In this document: positions 7,818 to 17,021 of the stretch, piece by piece
Numbering within the stretch: position 1 is the stretch's first letter
Layout: every line of letters starts with the position of its first letter
Notes under the pieces: model-generated
Told to the model about the DNA's origin: nothing
Database searches by the model: none
What the model saw: only the letters and a program-made list of their open reading frames with translations
Translations under genes and position numbers: made by a program
Source of the DNA: a virus
DNA: 64,000 nt
Strand: one strand, 5' to 3'
IMG/VR virus record: IMGVR_UViG_3300020394_000003
Location: 1 to 64,000 of that record

Positions 7818-8045
7818 ATGAAATACATTATTGGTAATTTAATCATCCTAGGGTCTGTTGCACTCTCAATTCTTGCACTTGTTATCGCTTGTGCTTCTAT
7901 TTTTGGCTTCGGGCCGGCCGTTGTACTGTTTATTTTTTGTTTACCGGGCATGTTTGCTCATATTGTTATTGGTACTGCCGGTACTAGGGCTGCGATGCAG
8001 AAAAGAGACCACTATTTTGAACGAAAAGCGAAGCGAGGTTGGTAG
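7818..8045 (+). CDS. membrane protein (2 TM)
   Basis: GGAGG RBS; long hydrophobic segments. Confidence 0.7.
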   Translation: MKYIIGNLIILGSVALSILALVIACASIFGFGPAVVLFIFCLPGMFAHIVIGTAGTRAAMQKRDHYFERKAKRGW

Positions 8046-8494
8046 ATTTGTGGTCAAAAATAAAAAAAAGGATGAAATCCTTGCTTGAAAATCTAGTTAC
8101 AGAAGTGGAAGAGTCTGAAGTCGCTACTGTAGAGAACGAAAGTATCGAAAGTGAGACAGAAAGGCCTTCCCAATCACCAAAAATAGTAAAGGTTTCTGTT
8201 TTGTCTGACGACCAAAAGAAAATAACCATTGATGAGCTTGAGGGAATGCTGCGAGAAATGTTGGGGAGCAGTAAAGGTTCTAAAAAAAGCCCTGATGCTT
8301 CTCATATTCTTATTACGGATGGCGCTCAATGGTACTACGACCCAATTAACAAACAAATGATCAGAGTACATTCCGGTACCGAGGTCGTTTTGTCAAATCC
8401 TGACCCAGATGACGACGGTAGAGTGCTCTGTTACTGCGATTTAGGCTTTATTATGGTGCCATACGACAATATTTCAGAATTAGGGTTAAATTAA
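8039..8494 (+). CDS. hypothetical protein
   Basis: 151-aa ORF; start uncertain. Confidence 0.65.
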   Translation: MVDLWSKIKKRMKSLLENLVTEVEESEVATVENESIESETERPSQSPKIVKVSVLSDDQKKITIDELEGMLREMLGSSKGSKKSPDASHILITDGAQWYYDPINKQMIRVHSGTEVVLSNPDPDDDGRVLCYCDLGFIMVPYDNISELGLN

Positions 8495-8653
8495 ATGTTT
8501 TTTTCTTTCTTTCAAAGCCCTTTTTGGAGAGGTGTTCTCTGGATTGGAGGATTTTTAACACTTTACGCCTTTTTAGGTTTTGAAATTACAACAATTACGG
8601 CCCTAGCGGTCATTGGAATGAGACAAAAAGAGCCAAAAGACTACTTCTTTTAG
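8495..8653 (+). CDS. small membrane protein (52 aa)
   Basis: Manual translation MFFSFFQSPFWRGVLWIGGFLTLYAFLGF...; ATG directly after the upstream stop. Confidence 0.55.
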   Translation: MFFSFFQSPFWRGVLWIGGFLTLYAFLGFEITTITALAVIGMRQKEPKDYFF

Positions 8654-8686
8654 TAAAACCTAATACTTAGTGTTGGCAAGGGGGGT

Positions 8687-9211
8687 TTGGCTGTGAAATT
8701 TCTTGAATTAGTAAATTATGAAGTTTTAGAGGCCAATTATGGTGAACTTTGTGAACCTGTTGAGGAAATTAATGATGAAATTGTTAGATTTTGTCATAAT
8801 TTAGCTCAAATCATGTACAATCACGACGGGATTGGTATTGCAGCACCTCAAGTTGGCGTAAATAAACGAATTATCATAATTGATTGCTCCCCAAACAAAA
8901 ATGAGACTGTTTATTTGATAAATCCCGAAATTTTGTGGCAATCTCCTAAAGAATCTCAAAAAAAAGAAGGTTGTCTTAGCTATCCCGGGCTAGCACTGCC
9001 TGTTTCTAGACCACATAGAATAAAAGTGCAAGGTTTGGGGCTAGACGGAAAAATTATTGAATTTGAAGCAGTTGGTATGTATGCTCGCTGTATTTATCAT
9101 GAAATTGACCATTTAAACGGAATTTCTTTCACAAGAAGAGCTACTAGGCAGGTTAGAAGACATCTTATGAGAAAATGGCAAAAAAAACAGGATAATGGAC
9201 ATGAATTCTAA
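8687..9211 (+). CDS. def: peptide deformylase
   Basis: GIGIAAPQVG, EGCLS, HEIDHLNG motifs. Confidence 0.95.
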   Translation: MAVKFLELVNYEVLEANYGELCEPVEEINDEIVRFCHNLAQIMYNHDGIGIAAPQVGVNKRIIIIDCSPNKNETVYLINPEILWQSPKESQKKEGCLSYPGLALPVSRPHRIKVQGLGLDGKIIEFEAVGMYARCIYHEIDHLNGISFTRRATRQVRRHLMRKWQKKQDNGHEF

Positions 9212-9407
9212 TAATTGGGAAGAATGGATGGGATATTCCGTTCATTACATGAATTGGGACGGAGAGGGGCCCTTTATTGACCCTTCCACCGACTACGGAA
9301 TTCCTATGGTGACGGCTTTAACCACTATGAAGGCTATTTTATTAACCGGTCGTTGTGCTTGGGTGGCAAAGGTAGACCCCGAATCGGCTTTGGAAGTTCC
9401 GTTTTGA
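9195..9407 (+). CDS. hypothetical protein (paralog of the next gene)
   Basis: GPF...G.CAW shared with the 9404 ORF. Confidence 0.6.
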   Translation: MDMNSNNWEEWMGYSVHYMNWDGEGPFIDPSTDYGIPMVTALTTMKAILLTGRCAWVAKVDPESALEVPF

Positions 9408-9640
9408 AAAGCTACCAATTAGACTTTTTTAATGATGTTATGTATATAAATGTCTATTTTGGTGGCCATATTGTAGAACTAGGGCCCTTCTTTTGTTTTG
9501 AAAACGCTAGATCAGCACTATTTACTCAACTGAACGCAGGGATGTGTGCTTGGATGACACTTAATGGACGAAAAACCAAGTCTAGGAGACTCAAAAAAAA
9601 TAAAGATCGGAGATCTTGTACAGTGGAAACATTGGAATGA
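9404..9640 (+). CDS. hypothetical protein
   Basis: ELGPFF...GMCAW; start uncertain. Confidence 0.5.
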   Translation: MKSYQLDFFNDVMYINVYFGGHIVELGPFFCFENARSALFTQLNAGMCAWMTLNGRKTKSRRLKKNKDRRSCTVETLE

Positions 9641-9821
9641 TGGCTGGGTGCCTATTATAGGCATTGTTACCGCAATCTATACAAAAAAGATGTCTGGCCG
9701 TCGAGTAACAATGGTAAAGGTTACAACAACAACATCGTCTTCTCAAATTAGAGTAGGAGAAGAGCTAGAGTTAAATCCTTTGAGTTTGCAAATTATTTCA
9801 TCTCAAACGATATCAGATTAA
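9564..9821 (+). CDS. SH3/KOW-like hypothetical protein
   Basis: IKIGDLVQW...GIVTAI. Confidence 0.6.
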   Translation: MDEKPSLGDSKKIKIGDLVQWKHWNDGWVPIIGIVTAIYTKKMSGRRVTMVKVTTTTSSSQIRVGEELELNPLSLQIISSQTISD

Positions 9822-9838
9822 TTAAAGACTATTTACTT

Positions 9839-10021
9839 ATGGTAAAAGTCATGAAAAAGCTCTTAAGAAATATTTGTTATGTTGCATTTGGCATCAATTT
9901 GGCTATTTTAGGACTATCGGTCTACCTAGCAGACCTAAATTTACTTCTTCTCTCAGGCTCCTCAGCGGTGTTAACGTTGTTTGGGGCCACTTTTGTATTT
10001 TCAGAGGAACCTATTAAATGA
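9839..10021 (+). CDS. small 2-TM protein
   Basis: Hydrophobic; preceded by ACTATTTA. Confidence 0.6.
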   Translation: MVKVMKKLLRNICYVAFGINLAILGLSVYLADLNLLLLSGSSAVLTLFGATFVFSEEPIK

Positions 10022-12429
10022 ACATTAATGATTGGCGCAGTTTTTTACAAGAATCTAAAGAATCATCGGAAAAACTTCTTAGAGAAGTCACCGAAGACGA
10101 GCTTGGACACATTCAGCAGGCGCTAGATGAAATGGATAATGAAGATCTTGCATTCAATAAAATTTTTGATGGCAAAATGCGCGTTATCTTAGACTTTAAA
10201 ACAATGGACAGAACAAGTGCTTTGGGCACTTTTGTAGATTTCTTTAAACTTAACGGTTATGAAGTTGATTGGAATAAGGGAATGCTTTCGGGCGTTCAAG
10301 AATTGCATGATACAAGTATAGCTAACCAAGTGGCCGGCCTAGGCTTGGGAACAGCTACCCAGAAATATAAGCCTCCACAAAAAAAGAAAATTCAAATGAA
10401 GGTTGGCAAGTACCTCAAAAAAGTTGCCGACCTTCATGCAAAACAACAACAGTACTTTCAGAAGATTGTTGCATATAGCAGAAAAAATCAAATCTATGGA
10501 GCGACCCCTAATACTCCCGGGCAAGTAACAGGCACACTAGAGAAAAATGCACTAACCCCCGAAGAGCAAGAAAACTATCGCAGAATTGGTGCACATTTAG
10601 ATATGTACGATCCAAAAGTTGGTAGAGGAATGGCTAAGCAGTTCGCTGAATATTGGGCTAAGAATGCTGAGTATATTAAAGACAAAATTGATACTCTGGA
10701 AAACGATAAGTACAGCATCGTAATCACGCGACATCCTATCGACGTTCTTCGTATGAGTGACTTTGATAGCATTACTTCCTGCCATTCTCCACCCTCTAGA
10801 GGCTCAGGAGAGAGCTATTACAAGTGTGCGGTAGCAGAAGCTCACGGACACGGCGCAGTGGCTTATGTGGTCCATACAGACCAGCTTAAGGAGTGGGGTG
10901 GGCGACCAGATTTGAGCCTTGAAGAGATTGAGGAAGAAATGCAAACAGGCGAAATTTTTGAAGATACAGAGAGGTATGATGCCGGCACGATCAATCCAGT
11001 TTCTCGACTGCGTTTACGACAAGTTAGATATTATGAAGCTGCAAAGGGTAGCCAGCCTAAAACAGACGATTATAAGAAGGCCGGCCGTAATCCTTTTGAG
11101 GGGATCCAGCTAGCAGTACCAGAAAAACGTGTTTATGGACAGAAAATCCCGGGCATTCGAGACCGTGTAATGAAATGGGTAACCGAGGCTCAGCAAGAAC
11201 AGATGCAGATTGTCAGAAGAGATTCAGAACCCGACAATGAAGAGAGAGTAATTCAGCTAGATAAATTTATTAAGTTTGGCGGCTCGTATGAAGATAACCA
11301 AATTTCTGGCCTTATTGCTGATTTATTTGGCAATGAAGGTGGTGATGGCCTTCCGGCGAACACTTCCGGTCGAGTCATACAAGATACAACCACAGAAGAT
11401 GAACTAGATGCAAATCTTGTTGGTGGCCTTATGGAACAATATGAAGAGGAATGTGAAAATACAGCTGATCAATGGAATTACAGATATCAAGCTGTAGAAG
11501 TTTCCTATGATGTTCAAGATGATGGTGGAGGAGGTGTCTACATTAGTGTCCGCGGCGGCATGTTAATTAAATGGGATCTAGACGATTTCAATAGTCTTCC
11601 GAATTATATGACCGCCGGCTATGCAGCTAGTGAGCTAAATGACGTGGGATACGGATATTTTGATGATGACAGTGCCTCAATAAGTCGTCGAGGCGATGAA
11701 GTTCATATGTATATCGGTATTGAAACTGAAATGATTCCTCGCACAAATGGAATGGGGTTTGCTGTAGACCCTGAAGATTTTGAGGATTATTGCGTTGGTC
11801 TAAACGAAATTGATGATATGTATGACGGAATTAAAGAGATGCTTACACGCTTCTTTAAACGTGAAGGACATATGGCCGGCTCTGCTTTTTACGAGCTAGC
11901 AGTTGAAGTTGTTGACAACGGAGAGTATGACGGATATGAGTATTCTGCATGGGATGTTGAAGCTGATGATCGGTATGATTCTTCTGAAGCTTATACTATT
12001 GAAGCTACAACAGCTATTGATACTCATGAGATTATGGATGAACTTCCAGAAATTAATCCTGAAGTGCTTTTAAAAATTATTCAAAGCAGAGAATATCAAA
12101 CTGCTGTTCGTGTTGCTTTATCTCGGGCAGCCCGGGAAGAATTAGGAACTGAGTATTATGTCGACACCAGTCACACTGCTCACCTTGATAGCTCAAATGA
12201 CGTTATCCATAAAGTTACTTTTAGTGTTGATCAAAGCAGCTACCCTGAACAAATTGAATTGTTTAAAAAGATTCTAGAGTTAAATGACAGCGAGGATGAT
12301 ATCTTATCAGAACTTATATTGCCGGTTTTGTTACAAGCTATAAATTCTCGCATGCCCTCTAGCATGCAGCAGAATCTAGATGAAAATGAAAGAATTGTAA
12401 AAAGCTGGAAGAGTTTCCTAAGAGGGTGA
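10018..12429 (+). CDS. large acidic protein with a W-leader motif at both termini (probable virion-internal protein)
   Basis: 803-aa ORF; MNINDWRSFLQE start and VKSWKSFLRG end. Confidence 0.8.
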   Translation: MNINDWRSFLQESKESSEKLLREVTEDELGHIQQALDEMDNEDLAFNKIFDGKMRVILDFKTMDRTSALGTFVDFFKLNGYEVDWNKGMLSGVQELHDTSIANQVAGLGLGTATQKYKPPQKKKIQMKVGKYLKKVADLHAKQQQYFQKIVAYSRKNQIYGATPNTPGQVTGTLEKNALTPEEQENYRRIGAHLDMYDPKVGRGMAKQFAEYWAKNAEYIKDKIDTLENDKYSIVITRHPIDVLRMSDFDSITSCHSPPSRGSGESYYKCAVAEAHGHGAVAYVVHTDQLKEWGGRPDLSLEEIEEEMQTGEIFEDTERYDAGTINPVSRLRLRQVRYYEAAKGSQPKTDDYKKAGRNPFEGIQLAVPEKRVYGQKIPGIRDRVMKWVTEAQQEQMQIVRRDSEPDNEERVIQLDKFIKFGGSYEDNQISGLIADLFGNEGGDGLPANTSGRVIQDTTTEDELDANLVGGLMEQYEEECENTADQWNYRYQAVEVSYDVQDDGGGGVYISVRGGMLIKWDLDDFNSLPNYMTAGYAASELNDVGYGYFDDDSASISRRGDEVHMYIGIETEMIPRTNGMGFAVDPEDFEDYCVGLNEIDDMYDGIKEMLTRFFKREGHMAGSAFYELAVEVVDNGEYDGYEYSAWDVEADDRYDSSEAYTIEATTAIDTHEIMDELPEINPEVLLKIIQSREYQTAVRVALSRAAREELGTEYYVDTSHTAHLDSSNDVIHKVTFSVDQSSYPEQIELFKKILELNDSEDDILSELILPVLLQAINSRMPSSMQQNLDENERIVKSWKSFLRG

Positions 12430-12439
12430 GCTAGTTATT

Positions 12440-12859
12440 ATGTCACTGTTTCAAGATAAATGGAGAGAGTTTTTGGAAGAAGATAAAAAAGGTAAAGATT
12501 CCGATAAGATTGCAAAGGCAGTGCTTTATAAGGACGATAAGGTTTTATTGCTTAAACGTTCTTCTTATATGAAAAAGCATGCTAAAGAATGGGATCTCCC
12601 GGGCGGGCACGTTATGGAAGGCGAAAATCTAGAAGACGGACTTTTGCGAGAAGTCTGGGAGGAGACCGGGCTTCACATCAAAAACCCAGTAAAGCTTCAT
12701 TCAAGAAAAAACGATACTTATTACATGGCAGACCTGCCAGATACAGAAATTAAACTCAGCGATGAACATACAGAGCATAAAATGTTCTCATTAGATGAAA
12801 TTGATGATATTAATTTGCCAGATAAATATGCTAGAGCAGTTAAGGATACACTATCATGA
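12440..12859 (+). CDS. Nudix hydrolase with W-leader
   Basis: Nudix box GGHVMEGENLEDGLLREVWEETGL; starts MSLFQDKWREFLEE. Confidence 0.92.
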   Translation: MSLFQDKWREFLEEDKKGKDSDKIAKAVLYKDDKVLLLKRSSYMKKHAKEWDLPGGHVMEGENLEDGLLREVWEETGLHIKNPVKLHSRKNDTYYMADLPDTEIKLSDEHTEHKMFSLDEIDDINLPDKYARAVKDTLS

Positions 12860-13458
12860 ACAAGCAGTGGAAAAACTTTATTAAAGAAAAAAAGTACGCC
12901 GATATTTCAAAAGGCAAAGGTCAATGGACCGATATTGACAAATCTGATCTTCAAGGTCAAGAAAACATTGACTTATCTATGGAACTTTATGATTTAATTG
13001 CAACCGCATATGCAAATATTGGTGGAAACTTTGATTTTCAGTCACCAGATGACATTCCGGGCAAGTCTGATATGTGGACCGCAGTCGATGTTGATGGCGA
13101 CGATGAACCCGATGCTCTCCGAGTTGGTAAAACCAAACCATATGGTAAGAAATTAACTGCTAGTGGTCACGACGGCTCCAAGCCCGGTATTGATGCATAT
13201 GTTGCAAAAACAGCAGAAATGTTAAATACTAAAGGCTATTATGCAGAAATGTCTAAAGGTATCGCTCATATTATGATAAAATATCATCAAGTACCACATG
13301 TTGCAGACGAAGAAACAGTTAGAAAAGTTTTAGGAAAAGAGTTAGAATGGTTAGGCCCGCACCCCGAGGGCAAATACCCAGACTATAACGGATGGTATGT
13401 TCGTGATATTAGCGGACACAGAGAAATGAAAATCATGTTAGGGACACCTAATATTTAA
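12856..13458 (+). CDS. hypothetical protein with W-leader
   Basis: Starts MNKQWKNFIKE. Confidence 0.8.
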   Translation: MNKQWKNFIKEKKYADISKGKGQWTDIDKSDLQGQENIDLSMELYDLIATAYANIGGNFDFQSPDDIPGKSDMWTAVDVDGDDEPDALRVGKTKPYGKKLTASGHDGSKPGIDAYVAKTAEMLNTKGYYAEMSKGIAHIMIKYHQVPHVADEETVRKVLGKELEWLGPHPEGKYPDYNGWYVRDISGHREMKIMLGTPNI

Positions 13459-13470
13459 AAGGAGTAGAAG

Positions 13471-13659
13471 ATGGCTAGAACAACGACAAAAGAACTCACA
13501 GAGCAAAATGAAGTTTTGCAAGAAAAGCTTGATAATGCTAGGAATAGAGCTAGTTCTGTCCTCGCAAAAATCGGAGGCCTGCGCGCTCATGTAGCAGCAA
13601 ACAATCCTACTAGTGAAGACGTTATTCGTATTCTTGATTCAATTATCGCAGATTCATAA
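13471..13659 (+). CDS. small coiled-coil protein
   Basis: AAGGAG RBS. Confidence 0.7.
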   Translation: MARTTTKELTEQNEVLQEKLDNARNRASSVLAKIGGLRAHVAANNPTSEDVIRILDSIIADS

Positions 13660-13686
13660 TAGAATATTTTAAAAAATAATATTTTT

Positions 13687-13713
13687 AAGCGGGGATAATA
13701 CCCCGCTTTTTTT
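13687..13713 (+). terminator. intrinsic terminator
   Basis: AAGCGGGG-ATAATA-CCCCGCTT followed by a T run. Confidence 0.85.
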
Positions 13714-13748
13714 GTTTTTGTTTGAAAAACGGACTATTTATTACCGCT

Positions 13749-13988
13749 ATGAAACATCTAGACGAAGTAGGGGAAACCTACTGGGAACATATGAGGGCCG
13801 CTCTCGCCATTACGGGGCGCCTCGCTTTGGCAACTCACTGTCAGCTATTGCATGCTGTTTTTCCTTTTATCAAGCCTCCTTTAGAAAATGATTTAGAAAG
13901 TTTAATTAAATTTCTTGAAAATCGTTTAACAAAGGTAAAAATCGATGAAGAAGAGGAGGAGTTGTACACAATTTATGGAGGAGATTAA
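13749..13988 (+). CDS. DUF6356-like protein
   Basis: HLDEVGETYWEH...LLHAVFPF pattern; ATG after ACTATTTA. Confidence 0.65.
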   Translation: MKHLDEVGETYWEHMRAALAITGRLALATHCQLLHAVFPFIKPPLENDLESLIKFLENRLTKVKIDEEEEELYTIYGGD

Positions 13989-13989
13989 T

Positions 13990-14190
13990 ATGATAAAATG
14001 TTTTGGCACAGTACGTACCTCTAGTCCTTTAGACAGCTATATTGCATCTAGCACTGGACAATCTAATGAATCGGAGGCCCAATCAAATAGTTCAAGGGGC
14101 CTATCTGTACCTTCCGAACCAGAAACAAGAAATGGGCCACGTATAAAAGAGATCAAAAGAAGGTACATGATGATGATGAACACTATTTAA
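13990..14190 (+). CDS. hypothetical protein
   Basis: GGAGGAG RBS. Confidence 0.45.
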   Translation: MIKCFGTVRTSSPLDSYIASSTGQSNESEAQSNSSRGLSVPSEPETRNGPRIKEIKRRYMMMMNTI

Positions 14191-14223
14191 AAAAAAGACC
14201 TCTTGGGCACGGAGAAAATATCT

Positions 14224-15405
14224 ATGGAACATATTCTAAAAAAATGGAATAACTATCTTGTCGAGTCTCACTCTAAAGAAGATGAGGAAGAGCTTAAAAA
14301 AATCAGCGATGAACTGAAAGGTGCAGTAAAAGCGCATCAAAGCCAAGCTGACCGCATTGATAAAATTCTTGACAGCACAGACGACGAAGAGCTTGAAGAG
14401 GGCAAAAAGAAAAATTGTGGTTGTGGTCAAGACCCCTGCATCACTTATGGTATTCAAGAAGTCAAAGGCGGTGACAAAGAAGACGGTGAGTATCAAGACA
14501 CTGTTGATGACTCTTTTGATGACGCACTAAATGAAGATGAACTAGATGAAAAGAAAAAGAAAGGTGGTAAGAAAGATGCTTGCTATCATAAGGTTAAATC
14601 TCGCTACAAAGTCTGGCCTTCAGCATATGCCTCGGGTGCCCTAGTAAAATGCCGCAAAGTTGGTGCTAAAAATTGGGGCAATAAATCTAAAAAGAAAAAT
14701 GAAAGTTTCGATATCTTTGGAGACATGGTAATTGAAGAAATCTTTACTGCTCTTATTAATGAAGAGGGTCTTAAAGATTGGTTTGATGATGCTGATGGAG
14801 ATGGTCAAAAAGGTTGGGAGCAGATTGGTGGCAAGTACGACGGTAAACCGTGTGCTAAGCAGCCCGGTCAAAAAACCAAGCCTAAGTGCGCGTCTCCTGA
14901 AAAAGCTGCATCAATGTCTAAGAAGGAAAAGGACAATGCAGCAAAAAGAAAGCGTGCTAAAGACCCTAACCCTAATAGAAAAGGCAAAGCTAAAAACGTA
15001 AACACAGACCCCAAGAAGGAATCAATTGAAATGATCACAAAACAAGAATTAACAGAAATTATCCTAGATGAACTAAGCGACAATGTTTACTATCATATCA
15101 CAGACGCAACTTACGATGATGGAACAGTTGCAGAAGATGTGGAATTTTGGGATGATGTTCTTGAAGAGGCCGAGTATCAGGGCCGCAAGGTAACTCTCAA
15201 TAAACCCATGAAAGGTGATGTTAAAAAGTCTAAGGTTTATGTAAAAAATGCTAAAGGCAATGTTGTCAAAGTCAACTTTGGTGACAAAAAGATGAAGATC
15301 AAGAAATCAAATCCCAAACGACGCAAGTCTTTTAGAGCTAGGCACAACTGCGATAACCCCGGGCCCAAGTGGAAGGCAAGGTATTGGTCTTGTAAAGCGT
15401 GGTAA
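14224..15405 (+). CDS. modular basic/acidic protein (probable polyprotein) with W-leader
   Basis: MEHILKKWNNYLVE; Cys/Lys-rich modules such as KDACYHKVKSRYKVWPSAYASG and EAEYQGRKV...KARYWSCKAW, separated by L-x-E sites. Confidence 0.8.
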   Translation: MEHILKKWNNYLVESHSKEDEEELKKISDELKGAVKAHQSQADRIDKILDSTDDEELEEGKKKNCGCGQDPCITYGIQEVKGGDKEDGEYQDTVDDSFDDALNEDELDEKKKKGGKKDACYHKVKSRYKVWPSAYASGALVKCRKVGAKNWGNKSKKKNESFDIFGDMVIEEIFTALINEEGLKDWFDDADGDGQKGWEQIGGKYDGKPCAKQPGQKTKPKCASPEKAASMSKKEKDNAAKRKRAKDPNPNRKGKAKNVNTDPKKESIEMITKQELTEIILDELSDNVYYHITDATYDDGTVAEDVEFWDDVLEEAEYQGRKVTLNKPMKGDVKKSKVYVKNAKGNVVKVNFGDKKMKIKKSNPKRRKSFRARHNCDNPGPKWKARYWSCKAW

Positions 15406-15406
15406 A

Positions 15407-16099
15407 ATGAAACTTCTGTTTGAAAATTGGCGAAGGTATTTAACAGAAGCTGCTGCTAGCCCGCAGGATCTTGCGGATAAAAATTACCATATTAAATTTA
15501 ATGAAGTCGGTGATGATTATGTTAACTGGGTATTGATGCATCAAGATAAACATGGTCTTTATGAAGCTGGCTCAATTCATATTCAGCGTACTGAGTATGG
15601 TAGGAAACAAAATGGGCCATGTCTTGATGCGTGGATGATAGAGGCTGTTGACGCACCAGACGGCTTTGGTCCTTTAATGTATGATGTGGCTATGGAGTGG
15701 GCTACCCAAAATGGTAGTGGGCTTATGCCAGATCGCTATGATGTGTCCGGTGATGCCCGAGAGGTCTGGAGATATTATATTTCTCATCGCAGCGATGTAA
15801 CAAATAGCCAACTAGATGATCTTAAAAACACGCTTACCCCTGAACCAGAAGATAATTGTGCTCAAAACTCTGCCGGTGTGCTTGATTGGCAAGATAGTCC
15901 GTTAAGTAAAGTTTATCAAAAGTCCCCCGCTTCAACAACTCAAGAATTAAAAGATATGAATCTCTGGAAAGAAGAAACACTAGACGAACGTTGTCAGAAG
16001 GGTTACAAAACTCACGAAAAACGTAAAACCAAAAAAATGTATGGTAAAACTTATAGAAACTGTGTAAAGGCAGAAAACAAAAATGAAACTTCTATTTGA
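15407..16099 (+). CDS. GNAT-like protein with MKLLFENWR leader
   Basis: GFGPLMYDVAMEWA...S.DA..VW pattern; C-terminal CQKGY...NCVK module. Confidence 0.65.
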   Translation: MKLLFENWRRYLTEAAASPQDLADKNYHIKFNEVGDDYVNWVLMHQDKHGLYEAGSIHIQRTEYGRKQNGPCLDAWMIEAVDAPDGFGPLMYDVAMEWATQNGSGLMPDRYDVSGDAREVWRYYISHRSDVTNSQLDDLKNTLTPEPEDNCAQNSAGVLDWQDSPLSKVYQKSPASTTQELKDMNLWKEETLDERCQKGYKTHEKRKTKKMYGKTYRNCVKAENKNETSI

Positions 16100-17021
16100 A
16101 AATTGGCGTCAGTATTTAAATGAAAAAGTTTATGGAAACTTAATTTCTGTTTTTTCTCGTACAACTAGTGAAAAAAACATTGCCAATATTGTAAAGAATG
16201 GGTGGAAGACACAACAGTATGGGGATTATGGCCCAGCTATTTATATGATTTATCAATTTGATCCCAACGACCGGGCTGATAGAGGTTATGGCACCCATGT
16301 TATGAGATTTGGCCTTAAGGCTAACAATAAGTTGTTGGTCCTTGGAGACCCTGAAGCTGCTACAAAAATATTTGGAACCGACTTGTCTGTTGAAGAACAA
16401 GTAAAGACTATGGCGCCAGAGGCGCTTCAGGATAAAAAAATAGCGAAATGGATAGAGAAGTCTAGTCAAAGCGGCTCTTATCGCTTTATGTTTCCTGCCG
16501 ATGAGTTAAAAAAATATTTTAACGGGTTTTTAATGAAATCTGGCAAAGATGCGCATTTGGCTGTTATTTACGCTCCTGAAGATGTCTTGAATATGACTTC
16601 GTGGGCCAAGATCCCGAAAGATTATGAATTCAAGTCTGATGAAGAGATGCTTAAAGCTCAAACTGAAGAGGCTGCCATGGAGGATATTCGTGCGGCCGTA
16701 ATGGAAGAATACTTGGGTGAAGATCCATATGAATCAGACCCTAGCTTCGACCCTAGATTAGAAACTCCAGAACAAATTATTAAAATTGTACAAGAAGACG
16801 ACCCCGAAGTATCAACAATTGCAGATGTTGTTGAGTTGTTAAAACAAAAAGGGTATGATTATATAAGTTTAGAGCCGGCAGAAGGAGATCATGTTTCTAG
16901 AAGGGATGTAGAGCTTAGTCATACTAAAGATTTTTCCGATGTTCAATATGATAAAGATTCATTACAATGGAACAAAGAAATAGCCGGAATTAGATTACCA
17001 CAAAGGATATCGATGCAATGA
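16083..17021 (+). CDS. ADP-ribosyltransferase-fold-like protein with MKLLFENWR leader
   Basis: SRT..I...GW...YGPAIY...YG..V pattern. Confidence 0.5.
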   Translation: MKLLFENWRQYLNEKVYGNLISVFSRTTSEKNIANIVKNGWKTQQYGDYGPAIYMIYQFDPNDRADRGYGTHVMRFGLKANNKLLVLGDPEAATKIFGTDLSVEEQVKTMAPEALQDKKIAKWIEKSSQSGSYRFMFPADELKKYFNGFLMKSGKDAHLAVIYAPEDVLNMTSWAKIPKDYEFKSDEEMLKAQTEEAAMEDIRAAVMEEYLGEDPYESDPSFDPRLETPEQIIKIVQEDDPEVSTIADVVELLKQKGYDYISLEPAEGDHVSRRDVELSHTKDFSDVQYDKDSLQWNKEIAGIRLPQRISMQ

